Assembly (NCBI GenBank): GCA_030390025.1
Contig: CM059430.1
Span: 73,408,001-73,472,000, forward strand
DNA: 64,000 bases
Origin: Squalus acanthias
Lineage: Eukaryota
Direction: 5' to 3'
Part shown: one piece after another, positions 23,465 through 37,705 of the stretch
How the letters are laid out: every line of letters starts with the position of its first letter
Position numbering within the stretch: position 1 is the stretch's first letter
Notes under the pieces: model-generated
What the model was told of the DNA's origin: nothing
Seen by the model: only the letters and a program-made list of their open reading frames with translations
The model's database searches: none
Position numbers and translations under genes: made by a program

Positions 23465-26400
23465 ATAGAAACATAGAAACATATCAGACAGGAGCAGGAG
23501 TAGGCCATTCGGCGCCTCGAGCCTGCTCCGCCTTTCAATGCGATCATGGCTGATCCTTCAAATTCAGTACCCTGTCCCTGCTTTCTCCCCATATCCCTTG
23601 ATCACCTTAGCCTTAAGAGATATATCTAACTCCAACTTGAATATATTTAATGATTTGGACTCAACTGTCTTCTGTGGTAGAGAATTCCACAGGTTCACCA
23701 CTCTCTGGGTGAATAAATTCCTCCTCATCTCAGTCCTAAATGGCTTACACCTTACCTTTAGACTGCGAACCCTGTTTCTGGACTACCCGCCATCGGGAAC
23801 AGCCTTCCTGCATCTAGTCTTTTAGTCCTGTTAGAATTTTATAAGTTTCGATGAGATCCCCTCTCGTTCTTCTATATTCTAGTGAATACAAGCCCAATCG
23901 ACCCAATCTCTCTTCATACGTCATTCCTGCCATCCCAGGTATCAGTCTGTTGAATCTTCGCTGCACTCCCTCCATGGTAACAACATCCTCCCTCTGATAA
24001 GGCGACCAAAACTGCACACAATACTCAAGGTGTGGTCTCACCAAGGCCCTGTACAACTGCAGCAAGACATCCTTGCTCCTGTACTCGAATCCTCTCGTTA
24101 TGAAGGCCTACATAGCATTTGCCTTCTTAACCGCCTGCTGCACCTGCATGCTTATCTTCAGCGACTGGTCCACAAGGACACCCAGGTCTCCTTGCACTTC
24201 CCCTTTTCCCTTTCTATTGCCATTCAGATAATAATCTGCATTCCTGTTTTTGCCACCAGAGTGAATAACCTCACTTTGTACTGCATCTACCATGCATCTG
24301 CCCAATCACCCAACCTGTCCAAATCATAGTGGAGTTTCTCTGCATCCTCCTAACAGCACATACGCCCACCCAGCTTTGTGTCGTGTGCAGACTTAGAGCT
24401 ATTACATCTAGTTCCATCGTCTAGATCATTAACATATATTGTGAATAACTGGGGTCCTAGCACCGATCCCTGCGGTACCCCTTTAGTCACTGCCTGCCAC
24501 TAGGAAAAATGCCCGTTTATTCCAACTCTTTGCTTCCTGTCTGCCAAACAGTTTTCTATCCAAGTCAGTACCTTACCCCCAATCACATGTGCTTTAACAT
24601 TGTACGCTAATTTTTTATGCGGGACCTTATGGAAAGCCTTCTGAAAGTCGAAATACACCACATCCACTGGTTCTCCCTTATCTATTCTAACAGTTACATC
24701 CTCAAAAAATTCCAGTAGATTAGTCAAGCATGATTTACCTTTTGTAAATCCATGTTGACCTGGGCTGATCCTGTCACTTTTTTCCAAGTGCTCTGCTATT
24801 ACATCTTTTATAATGAACTCTAACATTTTGCCCAATACTGATGTCAGGCTTACCTCTCTATAATTGCCCGTTTACTCTCTACCACCTTTTTTTAAATAGT
24901 GCGGTTACATTAGCTACCCTGCAATTCATGGGAACTGTTCCAGAGTCTATAGAATTTTGGAAGATGACCAGCAATGCATCTACTATTTCTAGGGTCACTT
25001 CCTTAAGTACCCTAGGATGTAGATTATCAGGCCCTGGGTATTTATCCGCCTTCAATCCCGTCAATTTCCCTAACACCATTTCCCTACAAATACTGATTTC
25101 ATTCAGTTCCTCCCTCTCATTCGACACTATGTTCCCCGACATCTCAGGGAGGTTATTTGTGTCCTCCTTTGTGAAGACAGAACCAAAGTATGTATTTATT
25201 TGGTCTGCCATTTCTTTGTTCCCCATTATAAATTCCCCTGATTCTGACTGCAGGGTAGCTCCGCTTAACTTCACCAATCTTTTTCTCTTCACATACCTAT
25301 AGAAGCTTTTACAGTCAGTTTTTATGTTCCCTGCAGAGCTTACTCTCATACTCTATGTTTTCCCTCTCTTAATTAATCCCTTTTTCCTCCTTTGCTGAAT
25401 CCTAAACTGCTCCCAATCCTCAGGTTCGCTGCTTTTTCTGGACAATTTATATGACTTCGCCTTGGATCTTATGCTATACCTAATTTCCCATCTAAAGCCA
25501 CGGTTGCGTCACCTTTTCCGTTTTATTTTTATGCCAAACCGGGATGAACAAATTCTGTAGTTCATCCATGTGATCTTTAAATGTTTGCCATTGCCTATCC
25601 ACCGTCAACCCTTTAAGATACGTTCCCCAATCCATCCTAGCCATCTCGCGACTCATACCATCGTGGTTTCGTTTATTTAAATTCAGGACCCCAGTCTCTG
25701 AGTCAACTACTTCACTCTCCATCTTAATGAAGAATTCTATCATATTTTGATCGCTCCTCCCCAAGGGGCCGCACACAACTAGATTGCTAATTAATCCTTT
25801 CAAATAACATAATACCCAGTCTAAGATGTCCTGGTCTCCAGTTGGTTCCTCGACATATTGGTCCAGGAAACCAACCCGTATACACTCTAGGAATTCCTCC
25901 TCCACAGTATTGTTAATAATTTGATTAGCCCAATCTATATGCAGATTAAAGTCACCCATGATAACTGCTGTGCCCTTTTTGCACGCATCTCTAATTCCCC
26001 GTTTAATCTCATCCCCAGCCTCAGCATTACTGTTTGGGGGTCTGTATACAACTCCCACTAACGTTTTCTGCCCCATGGTATTTCTCTGCTCTGCCCATAC
26101 AGATTCCACATCATCAGAGCTAATATCCTTCCTTACTATTGTGGTAATCTCCTCTTTAACCAGCAATGCTACCCCACCTCCTTTTCCTTTTAGCCTGTCC
26201 TTCCTGAATATTGAATACCCCTGTTTGTTGAATTCCCAGCCTTGGTCACCCTGGAGCCATGTCTCCGTAATCCCAATTACATCACATCCGTTTACATCTA
26301 TTTGCGCAGCTAATTCATCCACCTTATTACGAATGCTACTTGCATTAAGACACAGAGCCTTCAGGCTTGTTTTTGGAACAGTCTTTGACCATTTAGAATT

Positions 26401-27760
26401 ATTGTTTATTGTGACCATGTTTGATTAACCCCCTTGATTTCTCTGCCTTCCTTTTTTGCTTTTCGCCTTCCTGTCTTGTGTTTCTATTCTTGCTTCGCTT
26501 TGCTCTGACTCCCTGCACAGTTTCCCAACCCCCTGCCATTTTAGTTTAAACCATCCCCAACAGCACTATCAAGCACTTCCCCTCGGACATCGGTCCCGGT
26601 CCTGCCCAGGTGGAAACCGTTCAGTTTGTACTGGTCCCACCACCCCCAGAACCGGTTCCAATGTCCCAGGAATTTGAAACCCTCCCCCTTGCACCATTCT
26701 TCTATCCACGTATTCATCTGAAATATCTTTCTATTTCTACTCTGACTAGTACGTGGCACTGGTAGTAATCCTGAGAATACTGCCTTTGAGATCCTATTTT
26801 TTAATTTAACTCCTAACACCCTATATTCAGCTTTTATTAACTCATCCCGTTTTTTACCTATATCGTTGGTTCCTATATGCACCACGACAACTGGCTGTTC
26901 ACCCTTCTCTTCCAGAATGCCCTGCAGCCACTCCGAGACATCCATTACCCTTGCAACAGGAGGCAACATACCACCCTGGAGTCTCGTTTGTGGCCGCAGA
27001 TACGCCTATCTATTCCCCTTACAATAGAATCCCCTATTACTATAGCTCACCCGCTCTTTTTCCTCCCGTCCTGTGCAGCAGAACCACCCATGGTGCCAGG
27101 AAGTTGGTTGCTGCTGCCCTGCCCCGATAAGCCATCTCACTCACCAATATACAAAGTGGTATAACTGTTTGAGAGGGGGATGGCCACAGGGGACCACTGC
27201 ACTACCTGCCTGTGCCTACTACTCTGCTTGTCAGTATCCATTCCCTTCCTGCCTGTGCAGCCTTTACCTGCGGTGTGACCAACTCATTAAACGTGATATC
27301 CACGACGTCCTCAGCATCGCGAATGCACCAGTATGCATCCATTCGCAGCTCCAGCGACGCAATGTGGTCTGCCAGTAGCTGCAGCTGGATACACTTCCTG
27401 CACACATAGTCGTCAGGGACACAGGAAGTGTCCCTGATTTCCCACATAGCGCAGGAGGAGCACACCACGGGGCCGAGCTGTGCGGCCAGGACTTACCCTT
27501 TAAATAATATAAATAAAATTAAATCAAATCAATACCACCAATTAAACTAAAATTAAATGAAATATTCAAAGGCCCTTGTTTACTAGCACTCCCCGCTACA
27601 CCACAGAGACCTTACAAACTATAGCCACAAAATTAAGACTTTCTAAACGTTTTAAACTATTAACATTAACTGTCAAACTATAGAGTAGTATAAATACTCA
27701 CCTGGCCGTACTCACCCAATCAGCTGCTTCCTCTTGCCCACGTCACTTTTTGCATCCTGA
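23465..27760 (-). mobile_element. Full-length decayed CR1 LINE
   Basis: ORF1 CSSCAMWE..CRKC plus HIGTND esterase (27468-26541); APE domain ITETWL/YRPP/MGDFN (26418-25492); RT motifs; ctatgttt tail. Confidence 0.95.
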
Positions 27761-28587
27761 CGTGGCTCTGGAATGCCGTCGCCCGTCTATGAAATTGGTA
27801 AGCCTCTGGTCAAGTTTTACACTTCTCTCGGCTGCCCACCCAGTGTCCATACCCTTCCCTTCCACTAGCTGATGCTAGACAAATTCCTCGTCCTCAGCCT
27901 CGTTAATGTTTGCACTGCATGTGTAACCTCTTCCCCAATGCCATGTGCAGCCGGAGACTCACCGCCCTGTTCAGCCTGTGTGTGCGAAGACAGCTGCCGG
28001 AATGAAACTGTAAACATTTACTTGGTGAAGCACGATCTGCCACATCACAGAAGCTGATATTCCGCTTGCACCTTACAGTTTTAAATATACAGCTGGACAG
28101 AGCAACTCCCTTTTCCTCAATCTAATTTCTGATTGGGCATCAGACAATGAACTGCCACCACTGATTCCCAGCAAGTGTTTGACCATTTCCTCTTGCTCCG
28201 ATAATGCCCTCAGTGTGCAACACCAACGCCGGTCATGGCACGCTCTCCGGCATTATGTGCCATTTTACTCTAAATTGATAACAGAATTGAAAATAAAACT
28301 TCGCTTTTTGCTGCAGAGATCAACTGCCTGCATTGGAGTCAGGATATTGTTCACTAATTGAAGTTTCACATCTCAGATCTGTGGAGTACAGATAAGATGT
28401 TTACAATCACAATAGGTGTCCCTGACCGGCTCCAAAGCCTTTGAATTTTAAGACTGGCTCAGATGCCTGAATAATTAATTCACTTCACAACAGTTATGCA
28501 GCTAAACATGTTTTAAAAGAGTAAAGTTAAATTTTACCAAATTTTCCATTTGACATTTCTAATAATTGTACAACCTTGGCAGATGGT

Positions 28588-28780
28588 TTTGTTCCACTGT
28601 CCGTGGGATGGTTGGTTTAGTGCTAACAGACTGTGCAACTGCTGTCCAAGCAGTCATTTGTCGTTTGAGTGGCGCTCTGGCCTTAGCAGTCCCAATGAGC
28701 CACAAGTGCTTCACCACAACCTCATTGAGGTGTGTGCTGATGTCATCGTCATTCAAATTCTGAGCCCTCTTCATCATCAC
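28588..28780 (-). pseudogene. Myb/SANT-like DNA-binding domain fragment, typical of Harbinger transposon ORF2
   Basis: MKRAQNLNDDDISTHLNEV...LIG...AWTAVAQSVS...PRTVEQ fits the trihelix Myb-like pattern (R..nF...E...L ... W..VA..V ... RT.EQ); truncated before the last helix. Confidence 0.75.
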
Positions 28781-29429
28781 AACTTTGTTTGATCCTTCTA
28801 TTTCAATTTGCTGTTTAATTTAAATTATTGAAAATTATTTCAAGTGTTTAAAACTCTTTGAAATGCTTTAATTCTCTTTAAAAATCTTTAAAACTTTAAA
28901 AAAATCTTTAAAACCATGTAAAATTCTTTAAAATTTCTAAAATTTTGCAAAAGTTTTTTAACACTATAAAAAGATCTTATCATTAAGAATTAAAGTTGTT
29001 TTCAATGCTGAAAAAAATCTGGGGGCGTGGCCTGTACAAATGTGAATTTTGACAGGTCTTGTGGGCGGGTCTTACTTACGAAGGAAATGCTCGGCTCCGC
29101 GCACGCTGCGCTCCTGCAGACTCAAAGCGCAACTCTCCGGGTGGGGACCGACTTCAAGAAGGCGCGGCTTTATTTTGGCGGTCGGGGGCGTTCACCCGCC
29201 ATTTCTCTCAGTGCAAGGTAGTGAAATGATAGTAGCCATTTCAGTCTCCCCAATTCTCTCTTATTCCCAACTGACTATCAAACCATTATGAACCCACGAT
29301 GATCTGGATAAATTCATTGGCGTATTCAACAGCTCCGCTATTAACTGATGACATTTGAACTCCACTTGCTTCCCCCATATCGGCTGATATTTTTACTTAT
29401 TTCCTCTTCCCATGTAGCGTCCCCCTCAA

Positions 29430-30705
29430 ATCTACCGTCATCACCTACTCCTCAAAAATAAACCCATTGACCCCTCTGTCCTTGCAAACTACCATCGTTT
29501 AACGTGTCCATCTTTATCATAACCCATGTTTCAACCCCTTCAATTAGGTTGCGTTTCCAGCACTGAAACGGCCCTTATCAAAGTCACAAATGTAATACTC
29601 TGGGACTGTGATCGTGGTAAGCTATGCCTCCTCATCCTTCTGAAGCTTTCTGCTGCCATTGAAACAGTTGACCGCACCATACTCCTCCAACTCCTCTCCG
29701 GGGATGATCATCTCGGTGGGACTGCACTCGCCTGGTTCCATTCTTATCTAGCCATTCGTAATGAGTCACCTGCAATTCTTGTCTTCCCTCACCGTTATCT
29801 CTGGCGTTGCCTAAAGTTCTATCCTTGGACCCATCCTTTTTTCCCTTTTACATGCTGCCACTCTGCGACATCACCTTAAAACATAACGTCAGTTTCCAAA
29901 TGTAAGCTGAAAAAAAAAACAGCTCTACATAACAGCCACATCACTCGATCACTCCAATGTCTCTAAACTGTCACATGCTAGTCCGAAATCTAGGACAGGA
30001 TGAGCAGACATTTCCTCAGACTAAATATTGGGATGACGAAAGCCACTGTCTTCAATCCCAAGCCATAAACCCCGTTTCCTAGCCAACGATTCAATCCCTC
30101 TGCCTGGCAACTGTCTGAGACTGAACTAAGAGCGCTTACTTCCACCTGCACAATATCACCCGATTCTGCCCCATCGCAGCTCCTATGTGCTGATACCCAC
30201 ATCCATGCCTTTGTTACCTCATGACTTGACTATTCCAATGCACTCCTGGCTGGCCTCCCATTTTCTAACCTCCATAATGTTGAGCTCTTCGGAAACTCTG
30301 CTGCCCATATATTATCTCGCACCAAGTCCTTTTCAGCCATCACCTCTGTGCTCGCTGGCCTCTCTGGAAGATCCTACAGCCCTATATCCGTCCGAGTACA
30401 CGGCGCTCCTCCAATTGTGGACTCCTGCACAGCCCCGATTTTAATCGCTCCTCTATCGGCCGACGTGCCTTATGCTGCCGAGGCCCTAAGGTCTGCAATT
30501 CCCTCCCTAATCCGCTCCGCGTCTCTACCTCTCCTTCCTGCTTTAAGATGCTCCTGAAAACCGACTTCTTTGACTAACCTAACCTAACATCACCTTTTCC
30601 GGCTGGATGCCAAATATTGTTTGACAACTCACCGATGAAGCGCCTTGTGACATTTTACTATGTTAAAGGCACTATAAAAATAAAAGTTGTTTCTGTTGTT
30701 TTTGT
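29430..30705 (+). mobile_element. L2-clade LINE 3' fragment
   Basis: STETALIKVTNVIL...LILLKLSAAIETVDRTILL...ALAWFHSYL; 3' end gaagcgcctt...gttaaaggcactata followed by gtt repeats. Confidence 0.85.
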
Positions 30706-31399
30706 TGTGTCCTGTTGCAGAAAATATAAGGCTCTGATAGTAGCGTCAAAATGTTCTCTGCTTGAGAGTCTGCGGAACTTTAAATTGCACAAAAAGCACA
30801 AAGCATGTTCGGCATTTTCTCTCGCCAGTTCTCCATTCAATTTTACCCGTTCCCCTTTGGCGCTAATGATTTCTTTCACAGTGCATTACTGTGTGATATA
30901 ATTACTGTTATTAAGTGAGCCCTTGCCTCTTCCAATGATTCCACGCCCTTCCATGTTACTTAAAGCAATGAAATCTGCAAATCTCAAGGTATATGGATCT
31001 GTCGTGATATCTTACCACTAGGGAAGCATGCAATACTCCTTCGATTTTGTCGCCCGCATTTTTTTCTCTCCAAAACATTCTGGGACATTACAGTATCAGC
31101 ACACACATTTGAGATGGGCTCAGATTCTGAGATTGATTACAAAGATGTATTAAACAGGAAACATTCTGAATCTCTTAAGTTAGTATATAAAGGCAGGATT
31201 AAAAGGGCTCGCCTTTTAAATATTCATTCTAACTTTGAAATCATTGAATGTGCAGTCGGTTTAATACAGTCTACAGTAGGTTGCAGCACTCACTTTCCGT
31301 TCATTTCACCAAAAAAGACTTTGGTTCCAACGCATTTGCGGTTCAGTGCTTCTCTCCCTCGGCTCTGCTTTTAGATAATGTTTCACTTTAGTCTTTGAA

Positions 31400-31710
31400 C
31401 GGTAGCGTAGTGGTAATGTTACTGGGCTAGTAATCCAGAAACTGAACTAATGATTCAGTGAAGTGAATTCAAATCCAACACGGTAGCTGGAGAATTTAAA
31501 TTCGGTTAATTAATAAATCTGGAATAAAAAGCTATTATCAGTAATGTTAAACGTGAAAATATCGGATTGTCGTAAAAACCCAGTTGGTTCACTAATGTCC
31601 TTTAGGGAAGAAAATGTGTCGTACTTACCTGGTCTGGCATTTATGTGACTCCAGAACCACAGCAATGTGTCTGACTCTCAACTGCCCTCTGAAATGGGCA
31701 AACAAGCCAT
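31400..31710 (+). mobile_element. tRNA-derived SINE
   Basis: ggtagcgtagtggtaatg (A box), attcaaatcc (B box), body ggttcactaatgtcctttagggaag. Confidence 0.7.
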
Positions 31711-31814
31711 GACGAATAAGAATAAAACCGGACGGGGACGGGTAAAATTGAATGGCGAGACTGGATGCCGACCATGCTTTATGCTTTTTCTGTAATTTCA
31801 AATTCCCCACACTC

Positions 31815-33491
31815 TCTGCATCTGTCTTCACAAAGTAGAAAGGTGAAGCAGACGTTGCTATAAGGGAGGAGGAGTGTGAAATATTAGACGAAATAAACAT
31901 AGTGAGAGAGGAAGTATTAAGGGGTTTAGCAGCTTTAAAATTGGATAAAACCCGGGCCACTTTGAAATGTATCCCAGAATGTTAAGCGAAGGAAAAGAGG
32001 ATATAACAGAGGCCCTGACCATCATTTTTCAATCCTCTCTGGCTTCAGGTGTGGTGCAGGAGGACTGGAGGACTGCTAATGTGGTACCCTTGTTTAAAAA
32101 GGGAGTAAAGTATAGGCCGTGTAATTACAGGCCAATCAGCCTAACCTCGGTGGTGGGAAAATTATTGGAAGGAATTCTGAAGGACAGGATAAATCTTCAT
32201 TTCGAAAGACACGGATTAATCAAGGAGAGTCAGCACGGAGTTGTTAAGGGAAGTTGGTGTCTGACAAACTTGATTGAATTTTTTGAGGAGGAAACAAGGA
32301 GGTCAGCGGAGGGTAGTGCTTTTGATGCAGTGCATAGGGACATTAACAAGGCCCTTGATAAGGTTCCACATGCCAGACTTGTCACGAAGTTAAAAGCCCA
32401 TGGGATCCAGTGCAAAGTGACAATTTGATTCAAAACTGGCTCGGATTCAGGAAGCAGAGGGTAATGGTTGGTTTTGTGACTGGAAGGCTGTTTCCAATGG
32501 TGTTCCGCAGGGCTCAGTACTAGGTCCCTTGCTTTTTGTTGCATATATCAATGGATTGTAGGGGGTATGATGAAGAAGTTTGCAGATACTAAAATCGGCT
32601 GTTTGTTTGATACTGAAGTAGGAAGCAGTAAACTGCAGGAAGATATCAATAAATTGGTCAGGTGTGCAGAACAGTGGCAAATGGAATTCAATCCGGAGAA
32701 CTGTGAGGTAATGCATTTGTGGAGTGCTAACAAGGAAAGGGAATACACATTAAATTGTAGGACACGGCTAGTGTAGAGGAACAAAGGGACCTTGGAGTGC
32801 ATGTCCACAGATCCCTGAATATAGCAGGCCAGGTAGTTCAGGTGATTAAGAAAGCATACGGAATGCTTGCTTTTATTAGACGTGGCATTGAATACAAGAG
32901 CAGGGGGGTAATATTTCAAATGTATAAAACACTAGTTAGGCCTCAGCTAGAGTACTGCGTGCATTTACTTGTCACCACAATACAGGAAAGAGGTGATTGC
33001 ATCAGGGAAGGTACAGAGGAGATTTACAAGGATGTTGCCTCGAGTCGAGAGTGTTAGCTATGAGGAAAGTCTGGATAGCCTGGGTTTGTTTCCCTTGGAA
33101 CAGATGAGTTTGAGGGAAGACCGTATTGAGCTATATAACATTATGAGAGGTCTAGATAAAGTGGATAGAAAGGACTTATTTCCCTTTGCAGCGGGGTCAA
33201 AATCCAGGGAGCACCGATTTTAAGTAATTGGTATACGGTTTAGAGGGGATTTGAGGGGAAAATTCTTCAGCAATATGGTTGTGGGGATCTGGACCTCACT
33301 GCCTGAAAGGGTGGTAGAGGCAGGAACGCTAAACACTTTGAAAAATAACTTGTATGTGTAACCTGCAGGGCTACGGACCAAGAGCTGGGAAGTGGGATTA
33401 GGTTGGATAGCTCTTTGTTGGCCGGCGCGGACACGATGGACCGAAATGGCCTCCTTCCGTGGTGTAACTTTCAATGATTCTATGATTCTAT
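31815..33491 (+). mobile_element. CR1 5'-truncated copy
   Basis: NYRPISLTSVVGK, RT motifs, atgattct repeat tail. Confidence 0.92.
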
Positions 33492-35947
33492 GACTACCCA
33501 GCATCGAACTAGGCATTGGCTACGGACAAAGCAACGGCACAACCAGCCCAGTCGACCCTGCAAAGTCGTCCTAAACAATATCTGGTGATCTGTGGGACCA
33601 GTGGGAGAGGTCTGCCACAGACTAGTCAAGCAAGAGCCTGACATATTCATAACCACAGAATCATACATTTCAGCCAATGTCCCAAACTCATCCATTACAA
33701 TCCCGGGGTATGTCCTGTTCAACCGACAGGACAGACCCACAAGGGGTGGCGGCACAGTGGTAAACAGTCCGTAAGGTGTGTCTCTGCGAGTCCACAACAT
33801 TTGTTCCGGACCACATGAAGTGTCATGGCTTCATGCCTAATATGGGCAAGGAAACCTCCTGCTGATTATCACATACCGCCCTCCCTCAGCTGAGGAATCA
33901 GTACTCCTCCATGTTGAACACCACTTGGAAGAAGTACTGAGAGTAGCAAGGTCACGGAATGTACTCGGGGTGGGGGACTTCAATGTCCATCACCGATTGT
34001 GGCTCGGTAGCACTACTACTGACCGAGCTGGACGAGTACTGAAGGACATAGCTGTCAGTCTGGGCCTGCGACAGGTGTTGAGAGTACCAATACGAAGGAA
34101 ATACCTACTTGACCTCGTCCTCACCAATCTACCTGTTGCAGATCTATCTGTCCATGACAGTGTTTGTAGCAGTGACCACGGCACAGTCATTGTGGAGAGG
34201 AAGTCCCGACCTCACACTGAGGACACCCTCCGTCGTATTGTGTGGCACTACCAACTTGCGAAATGGGATAGATTCAGAACAGGTCGAGCAGGTCAAAACT
34301 GGGCATCGGTGAGGCGCTGTGGGGCCATCAGCAGTAGCAGAATTGTATTCCAACATAATCTGTAACCTCATTGCCCGGAATATCCCTTACTCTACCATTA
34401 CCATCAAGCCGCGGGGCCAACCCTGGTTCAATAAGGAATGTAGAAGAGCATGCTAGGAGCAGCACCAGGCATACCAAAAAATGAGGTGTCAACTTGGGGA
34501 AGCTGCAACACCGGACGACATGCATGCTAAAAAGCGGAAGCAGTATGCTACAGACAGGGCTAAGCCATCCCACAAACAATGGATCAGCTCAAAGCTCGGC
34601 TGTCCTGTCACATCCAGTCGTGAATGTGGGTGGACCATTGCACAACTAACGGGAGGAGGAGGCTCCATGTATATCCCCTCCCTCAATGATGGTGCAGCCC
34701 AGTACGTTAGTGCAAAAGACAAGGCTGAAGCGTTTGCAACCTTCTTCAGCCAGAAGTGCCAACTGGATGATCCATATCGAACTCCTCCTGAGGTTCCCAC
34801 CATCACAGAAGCCAGACTTCAGCAAATTCGATTATCTCCACGTGATATCAAGAAACGGCTGAGCTCGACTACATTCCGCCTGTCGTGCTGAAGATTTGTG
34901 CTCCAGGACTAGCCGTGCCTCTATCCAAGCTGTTCCAGTACAGCTACAACACTGGCATCTATCCGACAATGTGGAAAACTGCCCAGGTATGCCCTGTCCA
35001 CAAAATGCAGGAAAAATCATAACCGGCCAATTACTGCCCCATCAGTCAAATATCATTCATTAGCAAAGTGACGGAAGATGTCATCGACAGTGCACTTACT
35101 TACCAACATCCTGCTCACTGATGGCCAGTTTGGGTTCCGCCACTGCCACTCGGCTCCCGACCTCATTACAGCATTGATCAAAACATGGACAAAGGAGCTA
35201 AATTCCACAGGAGATGTGACAGTGACTGCCCTTGACAACAAGGCAGCATTTTAACGAGTGTGGCATTAAGGAGCCCTAGTAAAACTGAAGTCAATGGAAA
35301 TCGGGGTGGGGGGACGCTTCACTGGCTGAAGTTATACCTAGCACAAAGGAAGATGGTTTTGGTGGTTGGATATCAATCATCACAGACCCAGGATATCGCT
35401 GCAGGAGTTCCTCTGGCCAGTGTCCTCGACCCAGCCATCTTCAGCTGCTTCATCAATGACTTTCCCTCCAACATAAGTTCAAAAATGGGGCTGTTCACTG
35501 ATTACTGCACGGAGTTCAGTGCCCTTCACAGCTCCTCAGATAATGAAGCAGTCCATGCCTGCATGCAGCAACACCTGAACGACGTTTAGGATTGGGCTGA
35601 TAAGTGGCAGGTAACATTCCCGCCACACAAGTGCCAGGCAATGACTCTCTGCAACAATCGATATGCTAAACACCGTCCTTTGACATTCCAAGGCGTTACC
35701 CTCACCGAGTCCCCCATCATCAACATTCTGGGGGTCACCACTGACCAGAAAATGCATTGGACCAACTACATAAATATTGTGGCAGCAAGAACGGGTCAGA
35801 GGCTCGGTATTCTGCGGCGAGTGTTTCACCTCCTGACTCCGCAAATCCTTTAGACCATCGACAAGGAACAAGTAAGGAGTGGATGGAATATTCTCCACTT
35901 GCCTAGACGAATGCAGCTCCAACAATGCTCAAGAAGCTCGACACCAT
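33492..35947 (+). mobile_element. CR1-clade LINE ORF2 (host); continues at 37682-37705 and 40554-40965
   Basis: PDIFITTESY, VGDFNVHH, LDLVLTN, SDH and RT motifs; resumes colinearly after two insertions. Confidence 0.9.
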
Positions 35948-37681
35948 ACAATATACATTAATGATCTAGATAAGGGAACTAAATGTAATATCTCCAAGTT
36001 GCAGATGACACAAAGCTGGGTGGGCGTGTGTGCTGCGAGGAGCATACCGAGAAACTCCAGGATGATTTGGACAGGTTGGGTGAGTGGGCAGAAGCGTGGC
36101 AGATGCAATATAACGTGGATAAATCCGAGGTTATCCACTTTGGTTTCAAAAACAGAAAGGCAGACTATTATCTGAATGGCAATAGATTGGGAGAAGGGGA
36201 AGTGCAACGAGACCTGGGTGTCCTTGTGCACCAGTCGCTGAAGGTAAGCATGCAGGTGCAGCAGACGGTGAAGAAGGCAAATGGTATGTTGGCCTTCATA
36301 GCGAAAGGGTTTGAGTATAGGAACAGGGATGTCCTGCTGCAGTTGTACAGGGCCTTGGTGAGACCACACCTTGAGTACTGTGTGCAGTTTTGGTCGCCTT
36401 ATCTGAGGAAGGATGTTCTTACCATGGAAGTTGTTCAGCGAAGATTCACAAGGCTGATACCTGGGATGGCAAGAATGACATATGAAGAGAGATTGGGTCG
36501 ATTGGGCTTATACTCGCTGGTGTATAGCCAAATGAGAGGGGATTTCATCGAAACATATAAAATTCTGACATATCTGGACAAACTAGATGCAGGAAGAATG
36601 TTCCCGTTGGTCGGAGAGTCCAGAACCAGGGTTCATAATATAAGGATAAAGGGTAAGCCATTTAGGACAGAAATTAGGACGATTTTCTTCACCCAGAGAG
36701 TGGTGAACCTGTGGAATTCTCTACCACAGAAGGTAGTTGAGGCCAAGTCATTAAATATAATGGCCCAAAAATTCGTGAGTGAGCCTTCGTGCGAGGGTAA
36801 GGCCTCCCCGCGATCTCTCACTGCACGCTGGCTTTTTCAGTCCGAGCTCGCACGAACTTGATGTTCTGGACAGCAGCTGTGCAGGGCTTTCGTATACCAC
36901 AGGCGTAGTTAATTCGTGCGAGCTGTGGGATCACGTGACTCAGTTAGAGCCAATGGCAGCACACCATCTTTCATTCATAGCTTTCACAGCACGGCTGTGA
37001 AAGCTATGAATACTATACCCCCCCAAAAGAACAGCTAAACCTCAATTAAATTTTAAAAAAATCACGTTAATAAAATAAGTATAGTTAAATAAATTAACCA
37101 TTTTAAACAAAAAATAACATTTTTGAAAAAATTTAAATCTTTTAAAAAGTTATAAAAATAAACTTACCTGTCTTTAAAGTCTCTAAAAAAGATATACCTG
37201 TTAAAAAAAATTCAAAATAATACTTAATTAAGTACTTACCTTGTTAAAAGAGGTTCTTACTCCTCCTTTCTTTATGTCTAAAATCGTCCATGCTTACCTG
37301 CGCGTCCAAAGCACTAAGTGCACTGAGTACGCACAGCCTGTAGCGCGCACGCGGTTCACCTAGGAACCGCCCCCTTTTGAATTCACCAAGTGCCGGTTTT
37401 CAGCGCATGCACGGTGCATGCAGAAAACCGGCAATTGGAGACAGAATACGCGAGAGTACACAGTGCGTACTCTCGCGTAGCGGCACTAATTTTTGGGCCA
37501 TTGAAGAATGAGTTAGATATATTTCTTCAAGATAAAGGTATCAAGGGATATAGGGAGAAGGCAGGTACAGGGTACAGAATTTGGATGATCAGCCATGATC
37601 TCATCGAATGGCGGAGCAGGCTCGAGGGGCCGAATGGCCTACTCCTGCTCCTATCTTCTATGTTTCTATGTTTCTATGTTT
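35948..37681 (+). mobile_element. CR1 3' copy nested in the host LINE
   Basis: 277-aa RT C-terminal frame, ctatgttt tail, CAT on both flanks. Confidence 0.92.
36762..37499 (+). mobile_element. MITE family A copy nested in CR1
   Basis: ggcccaaaaatt...aatttttgggcc, AAT/ATT flanks. Confidence 0.9.
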
Positions 37682-37705
37682 CATCCAGTACAAAGCAGTC
37701 CACTT

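Noticed and set aside
25492-26418. 308-aa ORF as a host endonuclease gene
   Set aside because: It is the APE domain of a CR1 LINE whose downstream RT is disrupted.
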